From the NCBI GenBank assembly GCA_963932905.1, contig CAWVRN010000001.1, positions 32,001 to 96,000 on the forward strand: a DNA stretch of 64,000 nucleotides. The letters are read 5' to 3'. The notes under the pieces are model-generated. The model did no database searches. It saw nothing but the letters and a program-made list of their open reading frames with translations, and was not told the DNA's origin. The translations under genes and the position numbers were made by a program. Source of the DNA: an uncultured Bdellovibrio sp. GTDB taxonomy: Bacteria > Bdellovibrionota > Bdellovibrionia > Bdellovibrionales > Bdellovibrionaceae. The stretch's first letter is position 1. The number at the start of each line of letters is the position of its first letter. Of this stretch, positions 48,584 through 57,940 are shown one piece after another.

Positions 48584-48650
48584 ATAAGTATAGTTTTAAG
48601 TTTGTAGTGAATTAACACTACATCATTTTAATAATCTCCAGGAGGAGCAC

Positions 48651-48725
48651 ATGGCAAAGAAGAAAGCTGCAAAAAAAGCTACTAAGAAAAAAGCTACTAA
48701 AAAGAAAGCTTCTAAAAAAAGATAG
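48651..48725 (+). CDS. 24-aa Lys/Ala-rich histone-H1-tail-like peptide (not in ORF track)
   Basis: MAKKKAAKKATKKKATKKKASKKR*, strong RBS AGGAGGAG, own terminator. Confidence 0.85.
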   Translation: MAKKKAAKKATKKKATKKKASKKR

Positions 48726-48745
48726 TTAGCTCCGGCTAATAATCT

Positions 48746-48778
48746 AAAAACCCTCAGGTAACTGAGGGTTTTTTTTTG
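48746..48778. terminator. bidirectional intrinsic terminator
   Basis: AAAAACCCTCAG-GTAA-CTGAGGGTTTTTTTTT. Confidence 0.9.
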
Positions 48779-48803
48779 GTCGCGAACGGCCAGTTAAATA
48801 GAC

Positions 48804-49445
48804 TTAGAAGTAATAGATCGATCCCGCGGAAGCCGCTGGTAGCAGGGTTCCTGAGCTTGTGCTGTAAAGAAAATTAAATTCTAAAAATAAAGAATTTCCA
48901 ATCCATTCTGTGTCTAGTTGATTGTACTGAATCCCCAAATTCGCTAACAGAAAATCGACTCCGATTTTACCATTTCGCAAATCGTTTTTTGATAAAACTT
49001 GATCCAAAATATACGAGTTACCACGCAGATCTGTGTTGTCTGAATTGTACCAACGAGAATATCCGACTGTAATATAGGGAGATACAAACTGACTCTCGAA
49101 ACTTGTTTTCCAGCCCGCAAAAAACGTATTAAACCCATATCCATTACCAAAACCGACCTGCGCCGCGTTTTGTGCGTCAAAATTTATGTCAGCCACACCG
49201 CCAATTTGTCCAAAAATTCCCGCAAGTCCGATTCCGGCACCTAATTTCCGGTGATCACGCATCTCCCAATTCGAATTATAAGCAGATTGATAGTAGTTTT
49301 TTGATTTATAAGTCGATGAAGACGATGTTGATGTCTCATTTTGTGTCTTCGTTGATCGATTCGGAGTGATTTCCACCGTCGAAATTTCTTGAGCTAGAGT
49401 TAATTGAGTAAAAATCAGCGAGAAAATTAGAATTAATGTCTTCAC
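48804..49445 (-). CDS. putative small outer-membrane beta-barrel protein
   Basis: GTG start, signal peptide, Gly/aromatic amphipathic strands, SPY..VGY, C-terminal IYYF. Confidence 0.75.
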   Translation of the reverse strand: MKTLILIFSLIFTQLTLAQEISTVEITPNRSTKTQNETSTSSSSTYKSKNYYQSAYNSNWEMRDHRKLGAGIGLAGIFGQIGGVADINFDAQNAAQVGFGNGYGFNTFFAGWKTSFESQFVSPYITVGYSRWYNSDNTDLRGNSYILDQVLSKNDLRNGKIGVDFLLANLGIQYNQLDTEWIGNSLFLEFNFLYSTSSGTLLPAASAGSIYYF

Positions 49446-49447
49446 AG

Positions 49448-49579
49448 AAGATCCTTTTGTATAAGTATGGACTAAATTCCTGAGTTACCACCCATCTCTA
49501 ATCAAAATTTCCTGGAATCGTCCAGAACTTTTGACCGAGATTACGATCTCACGCATGAATTTAGTCACAAAAGGATCTT
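49448..49579 (-). ncRNA. structured cis-acting RNA leader candidate
   Basis: Perfect 13-bp outer stem and 10-bp inner stem enclosing two further hairpins; the 3' arm contains the RBS of the OMP gene. Confidence 0.5.
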
Positions 49580-49581
49580 TT

Positions 49582-49598
49582 TGGCATCGAAATTGCCA
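49582..49598. promoter_or_regulatory. sigma54-like motif readable on both strands
   Basis: Plus strand TGGCAT-CGAAA-TTGC; minus strand TGGCAA-TTTCG-ATGC. Confidence 0.5.
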
Positions 49599-49657
49599 TT
49601 TTCGATTGCTTAAGGCACTCCCGATGCTTCAAACATTAAGAAAATAACTTTTTAGTA

Positions 49658-50290
49658 TTACTTTGAACAACCAGCAACAGTGCTATTCATTGCATTCACT
49701 GCATTTTGAGAACTGTAGTAATTCGGATACAGTTTCTCTAAACAACCGATGCTGCGTTTCTTTAGCTTTATCGCACCCTCAACGGCTTTATCAGCAGCGT
49801 TCACCGCGTTCATTCCAGAATAGTATTTTTCATACATAAATTTGATTAAAGGCAATTTTCCGCGCATACTTTTTACAGATCCTGCCGCCGCCTTATCCAT
49901 TGCGTTTACCGAATTCATACCACTGTAGTATTTTTCGAATAGGAACTTCATAACTTCCAAATCGACCCCCTCTTTACATGCAGTAGAGGCTTTATCTGCA
50001 GCAGCAGAAGAAGACATTCCTGAATAGTACTTTTGATAAGAAAAATCATAGCAAGCTACAAAATCCGCGCTGTTAGTGCCGCCACCAACGATCGATGAAT
50101 CCGACGTTAATAGTTCAATGGCCTCTCGAAGTTTAATTTCTGCTTCGTCGATTTTCTCCTGAGACACTTCAGACGTTTGAGCTACACTTTTAACGGTGTT
50201 TGCCAATTTAATTACTGTGGTAACATCACCCTCAGCCGCAAACAAAACCTGACCGACCAAAAGGCCGGTAATTACTAATTTTTTTATCAT
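49658..50290 (-). CDS. exported protein with four ~35-aa YEKYYSGMN repeats
   Basis: ATG 50290 with RBS GGGGAG, signal peptide, repeats visible in the protein. Confidence 0.8.
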   Translation of the reverse strand: MIKKLVITGLLVGQVLFAAEGDVTTVIKLANTVKSVAQTSEVSQEKIDEAEIKLREAIELLTSDSSIVGGGTNSADFVACYDFSYQKYYSGMSSSAAADKASTACKEGVDLEVMKFLFEKYYSGMNSVNAMDKAAAGSVKSMRGKLPLIKFMYEKYYSGMNAVNAADKAVEGAIKLKKRSIGCLEKLYPNYYSSQNAVNAMNSTVAGCSK

Positions 50291-50396
50291 GGATACTCCC
50301 CATTTTTTGATTTGAGGAGGCAACATAAGACGAAAACAGGCAAACAACCACTGTCCGAAAATCAGACGGTAAATACTTACATTTTAAAGCTTTAAA

Positions 50397-51176
50397 CTAC
50401 AGTATTTTAGCTTTGATGCCTTCTTGCTGAAGGAATTTGCGAATTTGAGGACCATCGAGCGGCTCTAAACGGAATAGCAATTTATGAATCAGATCATAGC
50501 TTTCCTCTGCTTTTTTAGATCGTAAACCCGTCGTTAAATACGCTAAATCATCGCTAATTTTAACGAAGTTATCTAATAAACGTCCCATTTCTTTGTTTTT
50601 CGATGTCTTTTCAAGAAGAGTCAGAGTTTTATTGAAGTTACTAAGTAGTTTATCCATCTGAGAGATAATGCTTCCGACAGAACCTTCATTTTTATTCACT
50701 AGTTCGATCATTTTTCCGGCTAAGCCATAACTCTGAGAAATTAACTGATCGATCCGTGGTGGATCCTCGCCACGAACAACCCCGTTATGCTGAAGTTCTG
50801 GTTGATCCAGTCCTCCTGGGGAAACCTCTAAGAATTTTTCCCCGATGACACCCGCCAGATTGATAAAAAACTTAGAGTCTTGGCGAACGGTTTTCCAAGC
50901 TTTTTTATCCACAGAGATTTGTACCTGAAGTTTCACTTCTTCGCCCGAACCAGGCATTTTAAAATCAGGAACAAATGTAATGCTTTTAACTTTACCCACT
51001 TTTATACCCATTACACGTACGGGCGAACCTTGCTCGATACCACCGGCAAAATTGTACATTACATTTAAATCGTAGGAATCACTAAATGGTGAAACTAAAC
51101 CGACTAAATACGCAAAAACGAAAATCAAAACGATTGCGCAAACTGACAGTAACCCAACTTTAGTTTCAACCTTCAT
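50397..51176 (-). CDS. mlaD: MCE/MlaD family protein
   Basis: ETKVG plus TM, GI..GSPVRVMGIKVGKV, GVIGEKFLEVSPG. Confidence 0.9.
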   Translation of the reverse strand: MKVETKVGLLSVCAIVLIFVFAYLVGLVSPFSDSYDLNVMYNFAGGIEQGSPVRVMGIKVGKVKSITFVPDFKMPGSGEEVKLQVQISVDKKAWKTVRQDSKFFINLAGVIGEKFLEVSPGGLDQPELQHNGVVRGEDPPRIDQLISQSYGLAGKMIELVNKNEGSVGSIISQMDKLLSNFNKTLTLLEKTSKNKEMGRLLDNFVKISDDLAYLTTGLRSKKAEESYDLIHKLLFRLEPLDGPQIRKFLQQEGIKAKIL

Positions 51177-51184
51177 CTATTCCC

Positions 51185-51985
51185 CTAGTAAAAATATGAA
51201 AACGTATATGACAGTATAAAATCAAGAACTATGATCGCCACTGAAGCAAAGACTACACTTTGGGTGGTTGCTCGACCCACACCATCGGCACCCGTTTTAC
51301 AATGGAAGCCGAAGTAACAACTGACCAATGGAATTACAAATCCAAAACAAAATGCTTTTATCGAAGCGAAAATAATATCCTGAAAATCCACGAAACGCCT
51401 CATGGCAGTGAGGAACATTCCCACCGGGTATCCAAGAAATCGATCCGCAACTATCATCGCCGCAAAAATACAGATCATATTTGCAATGATACTTAATAAT
51501 ACACAGCCAATAGTCGAAGCGATTAATCTTGGCACGATCAAAAATCGGACCGGATTTATTCCCAGCATTTTTAAAGCATCTATTTGTTCTGTTACTTTCA
51601 TCGAACCAATTTCAGCGGCCATACCGGCACCAATTCTTGAAGTTAAAAGCAATGCTGTCACAACGGCACCTAATTCTCTTAGTATCAGCAATGATGCGAA
51701 ACCAGGAACCATCGAATCATTTTGAATTACTATCTTCATATGAAATGATGACTCTAAAATCGTAACGATAGCCGCAAAGGTCACACAGAATGCAATGGTC
51801 CAAAGACTGCCATTGGCTACGAAATACAGCTGCTGAATGGTTTCTTTTTTTCTTGGTAAATGAGCAAAAAGTTGTACCAACGTTTCTACAACTAACTGAA
51901 TAAAGGAATTCAAACTTCTGTAAGTTACGATCACGAAGTGGCCAAAAATAGAAAAGGGGGTTTGAATCATCAATTTTGTCGTCAT
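51185..51985 (-). CDS. mlaE: MlaE family ABC permease
   Basis: RELGAV..LL..RIG...AAEIGSMKVTEQIDAL..GINP..L..PR. Confidence 0.92.
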   Translation of the reverse strand: MTTKLMIQTPFSIFGHFVIVTYRSLNSFIQLVVETLVQLFAHLPRKKETIQQLYFVANGSLWTIAFCVTFAAIVTILESSFHMKIVIQNDSMVPGFASLLILRELGAVVTALLLTSRIGAGMAAEIGSMKVTEQIDALKMLGINPVRFLIVPRLIASTIGCVLLSIIANMICIFAAMIVADRFLGYPVGMFLTAMRRFVDFQDIIFASIKAFCFGFVIPLVSCYFGFHCKTGADGVGRATTQSVVFASVAIIVLDFILSYTFSYFY

Positions 51986-52759
51986 TTATCCCACCGAAAA
52001 CCAGGATATCAATAGTTGTCCTAAAAAGCTGGTTCCCCAATCAAAAACGACGATAGTGACCATGGTCAAAACAGCCGTGCTGACAACGGAACGTCCAACA
52101 CCTTTAGCACCGCCCGTAGTGAAATAGCCCATATATGTACAAATAGTCGCCAGCACCAACGCATACGACATGCATTTAACAAGTCCACTTATCATAGACG
52201 GAATTCCTAAAATCGTTGGAATATGTCGAACGTATTCCTGAGGATTAATCCCGGCAAAAACGACGCCTAAAGTGGCGCCACCAACTACGGATAACATCAA
52301 TCCACCTGTTAATAAGAAAAAAGAAGAAATAATAATTCCCAGAAACCTAGGTAAAATGATTTCTTGAATGGGATCGGCTCCCAAACATCGGATGGCATCT
52401 ATTTGCTCTGTCACTTTCATCGTTCCCAGTTCCGCTGATGTAAATGCGCCTACTTTTCCTGACAGCATAAAGGCAATCAGCATCGGTCCAACTTCCCGGA
52501 TCGTCGCACTGGTGGCTAATCCCCCAAGATAGGCGGCTGCTCCGAATTCATTCACCTGCATTGCAAATTGGACAGTCATAATACCGCCAACAAAAAATCC
52601 GGCCATGGCTGTTGTTGGGAAACTTTGAAGGGTTACATGCCAAATTTGCTCCATCACCAATTCTAATCGGCAAGGACGCTTCCAAAGCGTTGTTAAAATA
52701 TCTTTCAAAAACATCATAATTTCGCCCAGACGGCTAAAAAACAAAACCCCTGTTTTCAT
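51986..52759 (-). CDS. mlaE: MlaE family ABC permease (second copy)
   Basis: REVGP, AELGTMKVTEQIDAI..LG.DP..I.PR, GGAKGVG. Confidence 0.92.
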   Translation of the reverse strand: MKTGVLFFSRLGEIMMFLKDILTTLWKRPCRLELVMEQIWHVTLQSFPTTAMAGFFVGGIMTVQFAMQVNEFGAAAYLGGLATSATIREVGPMLIAFMLSGKVGAFTSAELGTMKVTEQIDAIRCLGADPIQEIILPRFLGIIISSFFLLTGGLMLSVVGGATLGVVFAGINPQEYVRHIPTILGIPSMISGLVKCMSYALVLATICTYMGYFTTGGAKGVGRSVVSTAVLTMVTIVVFDWGTSFLGQLLISWFSVG

Positions 52760-53490
52760 ACAGCATCTCTTGCTTCCGCTAGAAAATCGCGAACTAACGG
52801 AACTTGCGATTGAAGTAGCTTTCTCGGCGATCCCTGATCAACAATTTGGCCCTGATCTAAAACTACGATGTGATCTGCAATCTTTAGAGCGCAATGCATA
52901 TCGTGGCTGACAACCATTGAAGTCGTATTTAATTTGCGCGATAGATTCTGAATCAACGCGTTGATCGAATTTGTAGTTACTGGATCTAAACCCGTCGTTG
53001 GCTCGTCAAAAAGTAAGACTTTAGGCTGCAAAACTATCGTTCGCGCCAGGCTTACCCGCTTTTGCATTCCATAAGAAATTTCACCTGGTCGTTTAGTCAG
53101 GATATTTTCCAAGTTCACAAGACTTAAAGCTTGCTCAACACGTCTTAATATTTCGGGTTCTTCTAGTCTGAAGTGTTTTCTTAAGCCAAAAGCAATGTTT
53201 TCATAAATAGTTAACGAATCAAAAAGCGCGGGATGCTGAAACACCATTCCGCATTTTTTTCTGATCGGCAGAAACTGCTGCTCGGTGAAATTAGAAACAT
53301 CTTCGCCATCAATCCAAATTTCACCAGAGTCTGGCTTCATCAAGCCTACAGTGTTTTTCAGAAGAACTGATTTTCCTGTTCCTGAGGTGCCAAGTATAAA
53401 AACGATCTCGCCTGCTTTAATGTGCAGATCGATCCCTTTTAACACGGTTCGGGTTCCAAATGATTTCACTAATTTCTTATACTTAATCAT
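52756..53490 (-). CDS. mlaF: MlaF family ABC ATPase
   Basis: GTSGTGKS, FQHPALFDSL, non-canonical signature ISYGMQKR, DEPTTGLDP, SHD. Confidence 0.9.
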   Translation of the reverse strand: MIKYKKLVKSFGTRTVLKGIDLHIKAGEIVFILGTSGTGKSVLLKNTVGLMKPDSGEIWIDGEDVSNFTEQQFLPIRKKCGMVFQHPALFDSLTIYENIAFGLRKHFRLEEPEILRRVEQALSLVNLENILTKRPGEISYGMQKRVSLARTIVLQPKVLLFDEPTTGLDPVTTNSINALIQNLSRKLNTTSMVVSHDMHCALKIADHIVVLDQGQIVDQGSPRKLLQSQVPLVRDFLAEARDAV

Positions 53491-53664
53491 GCGTTAGCCT
53501 ATAGGATAAAAAACAAACTCAGCAGCTTCAAAGTATTGTATTCATATATAGAAAATACGCACCTTTGTCCGTAGAAGTTAGTCCTGAAAACGTCCTTGGC
53601 GGATGTCCTAATTTTCTCAAAAACAATTCATAATATTCTAAATACACCGAAAACTAGATAAGCT

Positions 53665-54222
53665 ATGAATATGAAAACATTTTTTACATTTTTTATCGTT
53701 CTTTTTTCTGGTTTTAACCTGTGGTCTGAAACAGACAAAAGCGAAGGCAAAAAAGCCATCCTTTCGTATGCACTTCCTTCAAAATTAAATTGGAAACAAG
53801 CGTCGGGAGAAGATCTTCCTTCGGGAATGCAGGTCTTTGACTTAGATGAAACGCAAGATCTTCGTTTGGCATCAGTTCAAGTTGGAAATGAATTCTTGTG
53901 GGAAAAAGTAGCGAACGCAGATAAAGATAAAATTTTTGACGAACTTATTGGTGGCAAAAAGACAGTTCACAAAATCTCGGGAGTTAAAAATTGGAAAGCA
54001 GAAAAAAAACTGAATAGAAAATCAGATAAAGAAATTATATTAGAACTAGTAGGCAGCTTTACCGAAGATTCGCAAAAGAAACATTTCATCGAAAAATACT
54101 ACATGACCCCTTACGGATTCATTCTGATGACATTGGATTGGACTGAAAAATCTGATGCGGCATTGGTTAAAAAAGCTCGAGCCGAATTTGAAAATGTTAC
54201 GTTTAAATCGGAGATAAAATAA
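53665..54222 (+). CDS. exported hypothetical protein
   Basis: Signal peptide; stop overlaps the next start (TAATG). Confidence 0.8.
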   Translation: MNMKTFFTFFIVLFSGFNLWSETDKSEGKKAILSYALPSKLNWKQASGEDLPSGMQVFDLDETQDLRLASVQVGNEFLWEKVANADKDKIFDELIGGKKTVHKISGVKNWKAEKKLNRKSDKEIILELVGSFTEDSQKKHFIEKYYMTPYGFILMTLDWTEKSDAALVKKARAEFENVTFKSEIK

Positions 54223-57062
54223 TGTTAAAAATTCTATTTTTACTATCGTTGACATTAACCTCCGTCGTATCCTTTGCGGCCGAGACTTATAATCGTGAGG
54301 AATGTGATAGTGTAATTGATGTAAAGAAGTATATCGTTGCCGGATCTTTAGATAATCCAACTGCCGGTGGAAAAACGTATAGTTTTGATAGAATTGTGGG
54401 TGCTTTAGAAAACGAATTACTCAGCGGTCAGCCGCCCCGACCGAAAAATTTTGAATGTCTAAGCATGCTTCACCAAAAAGCTCATGAGGACGCCACAGAA
54501 TATTGGGTGGGCCGTTTGGCACGATCAACGTGCGCGGGTGATAACGATAAAGTTCCTAGTATCAAACCACCTGGTTGTGACGATGATTTGTGGAAAAAAT
54601 TCCACGCCAGCAAAAGACAGATCGATAGTGCGGCAAAAAGCATTACCAAACTAACCACAGAATGCGTTGAAAGAAATGGTGTTAAATCGTGTGAATCAAT
54701 CAATGCTTTGAAAAGCCTTCAAGATTTTACACAAGAGCTGGGTGAAAACAACAGTGATAAGTGTTGTAATACCAACGACGGCGCGGCTTACAAAGTTTTG
54801 CGCGGTTTCTACACGGTCGAATTTGGCGATATGAACGATGCCGACCTTCAAAAGGAATGTTATAAAAGAACACGTCCCGGCAACAAAGTGGATGGGTTCT
54901 GGTCCGGAGTCGGTGGTTGTGTGAAAAACGCGGCTTTAGGAATTGCCGAAGCCGTTATGAAATGGTTTAAAACAGCCAAAGCACTTTGGGAAGTCGGAAC
55001 TAGTTCTGAAACTTGGAGAATGCTACGCGATGTTTCGAAACTAAAAGACGCCGTAGTAAATTTATTAAAAGCAATGATGGACCAAATGGCGGATCAGTTC
55101 AACGCTTCGACAAGCTGCTTTACTGGTCAGTACAAATTAGATCAGGCATGTAAATTAGCATCTAGTTTTGCAATAGATTTCTTAGTCGGCGGCGGAATTG
55201 GAAAAGGCGTCGGATTCTTAGCTCAGCTGATGAAAGCCGGAGTCAAAGATATGGCTGGTATCGCGAAAAGCATGCTTGCGTCCAACCCCAAAGTGGCTCA
55301 GCTCAGCGCCAAGCTCAAAAAGATTACCGGCAAGGGAGCAAATACAACCACATCGGCAGCGACTCGTGCCGCTGCTAAAAAATCAGCTTCGCATTTAGCT
55401 CAAGCTTTAAAACCCGTAGCTGATTTCAGTAAATCAGTTGCCGCTCGTGTTAAAAAATTAAGAGAAAAGGAAGGTATTAAACCAATGAAGGTGTCGGATC
55501 GATTAGAACCACAATTTGGTCCAAATGCTTCCGTCACAGTTGCGGTTTCTGACAACGCTGCTTCAACTGGTGCTGCAGCCGCCGCACAAACTTCTTCAAG
55601 AGCCGCATCTAATGCGACATCAGCAGCCAGTTCATCGGCAAATTCTAATGCGGTTAAACTGACTGCAAAATCCATCGGAAAAGCAGAAAAAGACATACGC
55701 GCCTTTAGAAACTCTGAGTACGAGGCAATGTACGCCACACGCGGTACTCGCGCGGTTGATGCTCCAGAAAGCCTTTTTGTAAAACCCTCTAGATTAAAAG
55801 GCAAATCGCCAAGCGAGCAAATGCGAATTATCGAAGGCGCCGCCAAATCTCGTCGTGCTCAAGTGGAAAGAATGCTAAATGCCACTGATTTAAAGGGCAA
55901 ACCTGTGCTAACTCAGGCACAAGCGCGTGAAATTTTGAACAACATGGATGATGCTGTTTCAAGAATTCGTTCACGTTTGGGACAGCCAGATACAAGTGTG
56001 GCCTCAACACGCGCCGGAAGTCGCGCTGTATCTACTGGTGCTACGCCAGTCGATTTAACAGCTGCGACAGCGAACGCAATCGACACATCCATACCGACAG
56101 CGGTGCCGGCAACCACGGCCAGTTCCTCAGGAACAACCGCGGTCATTGGTACGTCAGCCACATCTGCGTCAACAAGTTTTACCAATACAGCCATTTCCTT
56201 TATCGATAGCTTACCAAAAGTAGATATCCAAGCTATTGCAAGTTCGGCAACAAAAATGAACAAAACTCTACAACAACAGTTAGATAATTTTCAGTCATTT
56301 GAAGCCCGAGCACGTGCAAATGCCGCGGCTGCGAATCCCTCTGCGACAGCACGCTCCTCTGTGTGGGCAAACCAAAGCAATCGAGCCATTTCTAAAGATG
56401 CGCTTCGCCGGCATAGGGAAATTGAGGAACTTTATAAAAAAGGTATTATTAACGATGAGCAAGCTCATGCTATGCACGACATCGTTCGTGTAACCGAAAA
56501 CTCGGCTACAGGTACAGCGACTCGTTACAATACTCAGTATATCGTGACTCCAAATACGAACCCGTCGACCTTCGTTTTAAGAGAGCGAAACGCACCGATA
56601 ACTGCCGCGAGTGCCGCGAGCGCAGCTGGTTTAGTGTTAAAACGTTCGACCTACTCGGATGGTGCATCTCTCACGACTAACAAACAAGTTCAAGCGACAT
56701 CTGATGCTGCCAACGGACAACGCTACAGTGAAGATACAGTTAAAGCCTCCGCCGTGGTGGTACAAAAATTAACAGAGAAGCCAACGTCCATTAGTAACGA
56801 ATTTTCCAAACTAAAAACAGAGACGGAAATTTTAGACCGCGCAGATGATCTGCGAGTGAAAGTTAAAACACTTCAGAACAATTTGCCCGCAGATGCTGAT
56901 GCCGATGCAAAAGATGCTCTCGAAGAGTTAGTAAATGAAATTAATAGGGAACGAGACCGTGCCCTTGCCAGAATCAAACCTAAAGGTACAACGACACCTG
57001 CACCCGCATCAGATGATCCCGCAATTAAATTTGGAATTCCTATAGATCCTGATTCCGAGTAG
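54222..57062 (+). CDS. large exported protein (Cys-rich N-terminus, Gly-rich hydrophobic helices, Ala/Ser/Thr linkers)
   Basis: 946 aa; signal peptide ..VVSFA; Cys residues confined to the first ~310 aa. Confidence 0.85.
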   Translation: MLKILFLLSLTLTSVVSFAAETYNREECDSVIDVKKYIVAGSLDNPTAGGKTYSFDRIVGALENELLSGQPPRPKNFECLSMLHQKAHEDATEYWVGRLARSTCAGDNDKVPSIKPPGCDDDLWKKFHASKRQIDSAAKSITKLTTECVERNGVKSCESINALKSLQDFTQELGENNSDKCCNTNDGAAYKVLRGFYTVEFGDMNDADLQKECYKRTRPGNKVDGFWSGVGGCVKNAALGIAEAVMKWFKTAKALWEVGTSSETWRMLRDVSKLKDAVVNLLKAMMDQMADQFNASTSCFTGQYKLDQACKLASSFAIDFLVGGGIGKGVGFLAQLMKAGVKDMAGIAKSMLASNPKVAQLSAKLKKITGKGANTTTSAATRAAAKKSASHLAQALKPVADFSKSVAARVKKLREKEGIKPMKVSDRLEPQFGPNASVTVAVSDNAASTGAAAAAQTSSRAASNATSAASSSANSNAVKLTAKSIGKAEKDIRAFRNSEYEAMYATRGTRAVDAPESLFVKPSRLKGKSPSEQMRIIEGAAKSRRAQVERMLNATDLKGKPVLTQAQAREILNNMDDAVSRIRSRLGQPDTSVASTRAGSRAVSTGATPVDLTAATANAIDTSIPTAVPATTASSSGTTAVIGTSATSASTSFTNTAISFIDSLPKVDIQAIASSATKMNKTLQQQLDNFQSFEARARANAAAANPSATARSSVWANQSNRAISKDALRRHREIEELYKKGIINDEQAHAMHDIVRVTENSATGTATRYNTQYIVTPNTNPSTFVLRERNAPITAASAASAAGLVLKRSTYSDGASLTTNKQVQATSDAANGQRYSEDTVKASAVVVQKLTEKPTSISNEFSKLKTETEILDRADDLRVKVKTLQNNLPADADADAKDALEELVNEINRERDRALARIKPKGTTTPAPASDDPAIKFGIPIDPDSE

Positions 57063-57810
57063 ACGTCAGGGGACCATTGATGTCCCCTTTTATGAATTGT
57101 TGAACAGCCGGGTGATCAAACTTTTTCGTTTCATCAACCGAACCCGTTAAAATTAAATCTGTATTGTAAACCATTCCGATCTTGTCTGCGATTTGATAAA
57201 CGCGATTCATATCGTTTGAAATCACCACTATCGTAGATTTGTTTTTCACTTTCAAATCGGCAATCAAATCGATGATTTTTTTAGACGTGATGGGGTCTAA
57301 ACCCGCAGTAGGATCATCATACAAAACAATTTTTGGATCCAGAGCCAATGCCCGGGCAATTCCTAGGCGTTTTTGCATCCCGCCGCTGATTTCATCAGGG
57401 TGCAGATTGCAGGCATGGCTGATTCCAACCGCATTTAGGTAGTGCCTACCGATTTCTGTAATTTCCTGTTCTGACTTTTGGGTATTTTCTCTTAACGCAA
57501 AACAAATATTTTCAAGGCACGTAAGCGAATCAAACAACGCATTTTTCTGGAAAAGCATCCCCATTTTCTTCAGCAGAACCAGTTTATCGGCATCTGAACG
57601 CTGTTTCCATGTCTTGCCCTCGATAAATACTTCCCCGGAGGATGGTTCCACAAGACCCGCGATCAACTTCAAAAGTAGTGTCTTCCCTTGACCGCTGGGA
57701 CCAATCAGGCCAAAACTTTCCCCTGGCTGAATAGCCAGTGCTACATTTTTTAACACGTCCTGATCATCAAATCGGACCGATAAATTTCGCAGTTCTATTA
57801 ATGGATTCAC
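57040..57810 (-). CDS. MlaF-like ABC ATPase (second copy)
   Basis: GPSGQGKT, FQKNALFDSL, ISGGMQKR, Walker B YDDPT (catalytic E to D), H-loop SND (H to N); GTG 57810 with RBS GAGG. Confidence 0.88.
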   Translation of the reverse strand: MNPLIELRNLSVRFDDQDVLKNVALAIQPGESFGLIGPSGQGKTLLLKLIAGLVEPSSGEVFIEGKTWKQRSDADKLVLLKKMGMLFQKNALFDSLTCLENICFALRENTQKSEQEITEIGRHYLNAVGISHACNLHPDEISGGMQKRLGIARALALDPKIVLYDDPTAGLDPITSKKIIDLIADLKVKNKSTIVVISNDMNRVYQIADKIGMVYNTDLILTGSVDETKKFDHPAVQQFIKGDINGPLTSTRNQDL

Positions 57811-57940
57811 TATGACTCGCCTCAATCTGACTTGTAAGAAAACATATTTTCAGATTAGATATATTACCGATTCTAAAAGAGAAAATGTCAAATCTGAATT
57901 TGACCGGAATCAGTCCAACGCACCGAAGGAGTGAACACGA

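Noticed and set aside
49448..49579. 6S RNA or a known riboswitch
   Set aside because: Shorter than typical 6S, branched rather than rod-like, and no recognisable aptamer consensus; kept only as an unknown structured element.
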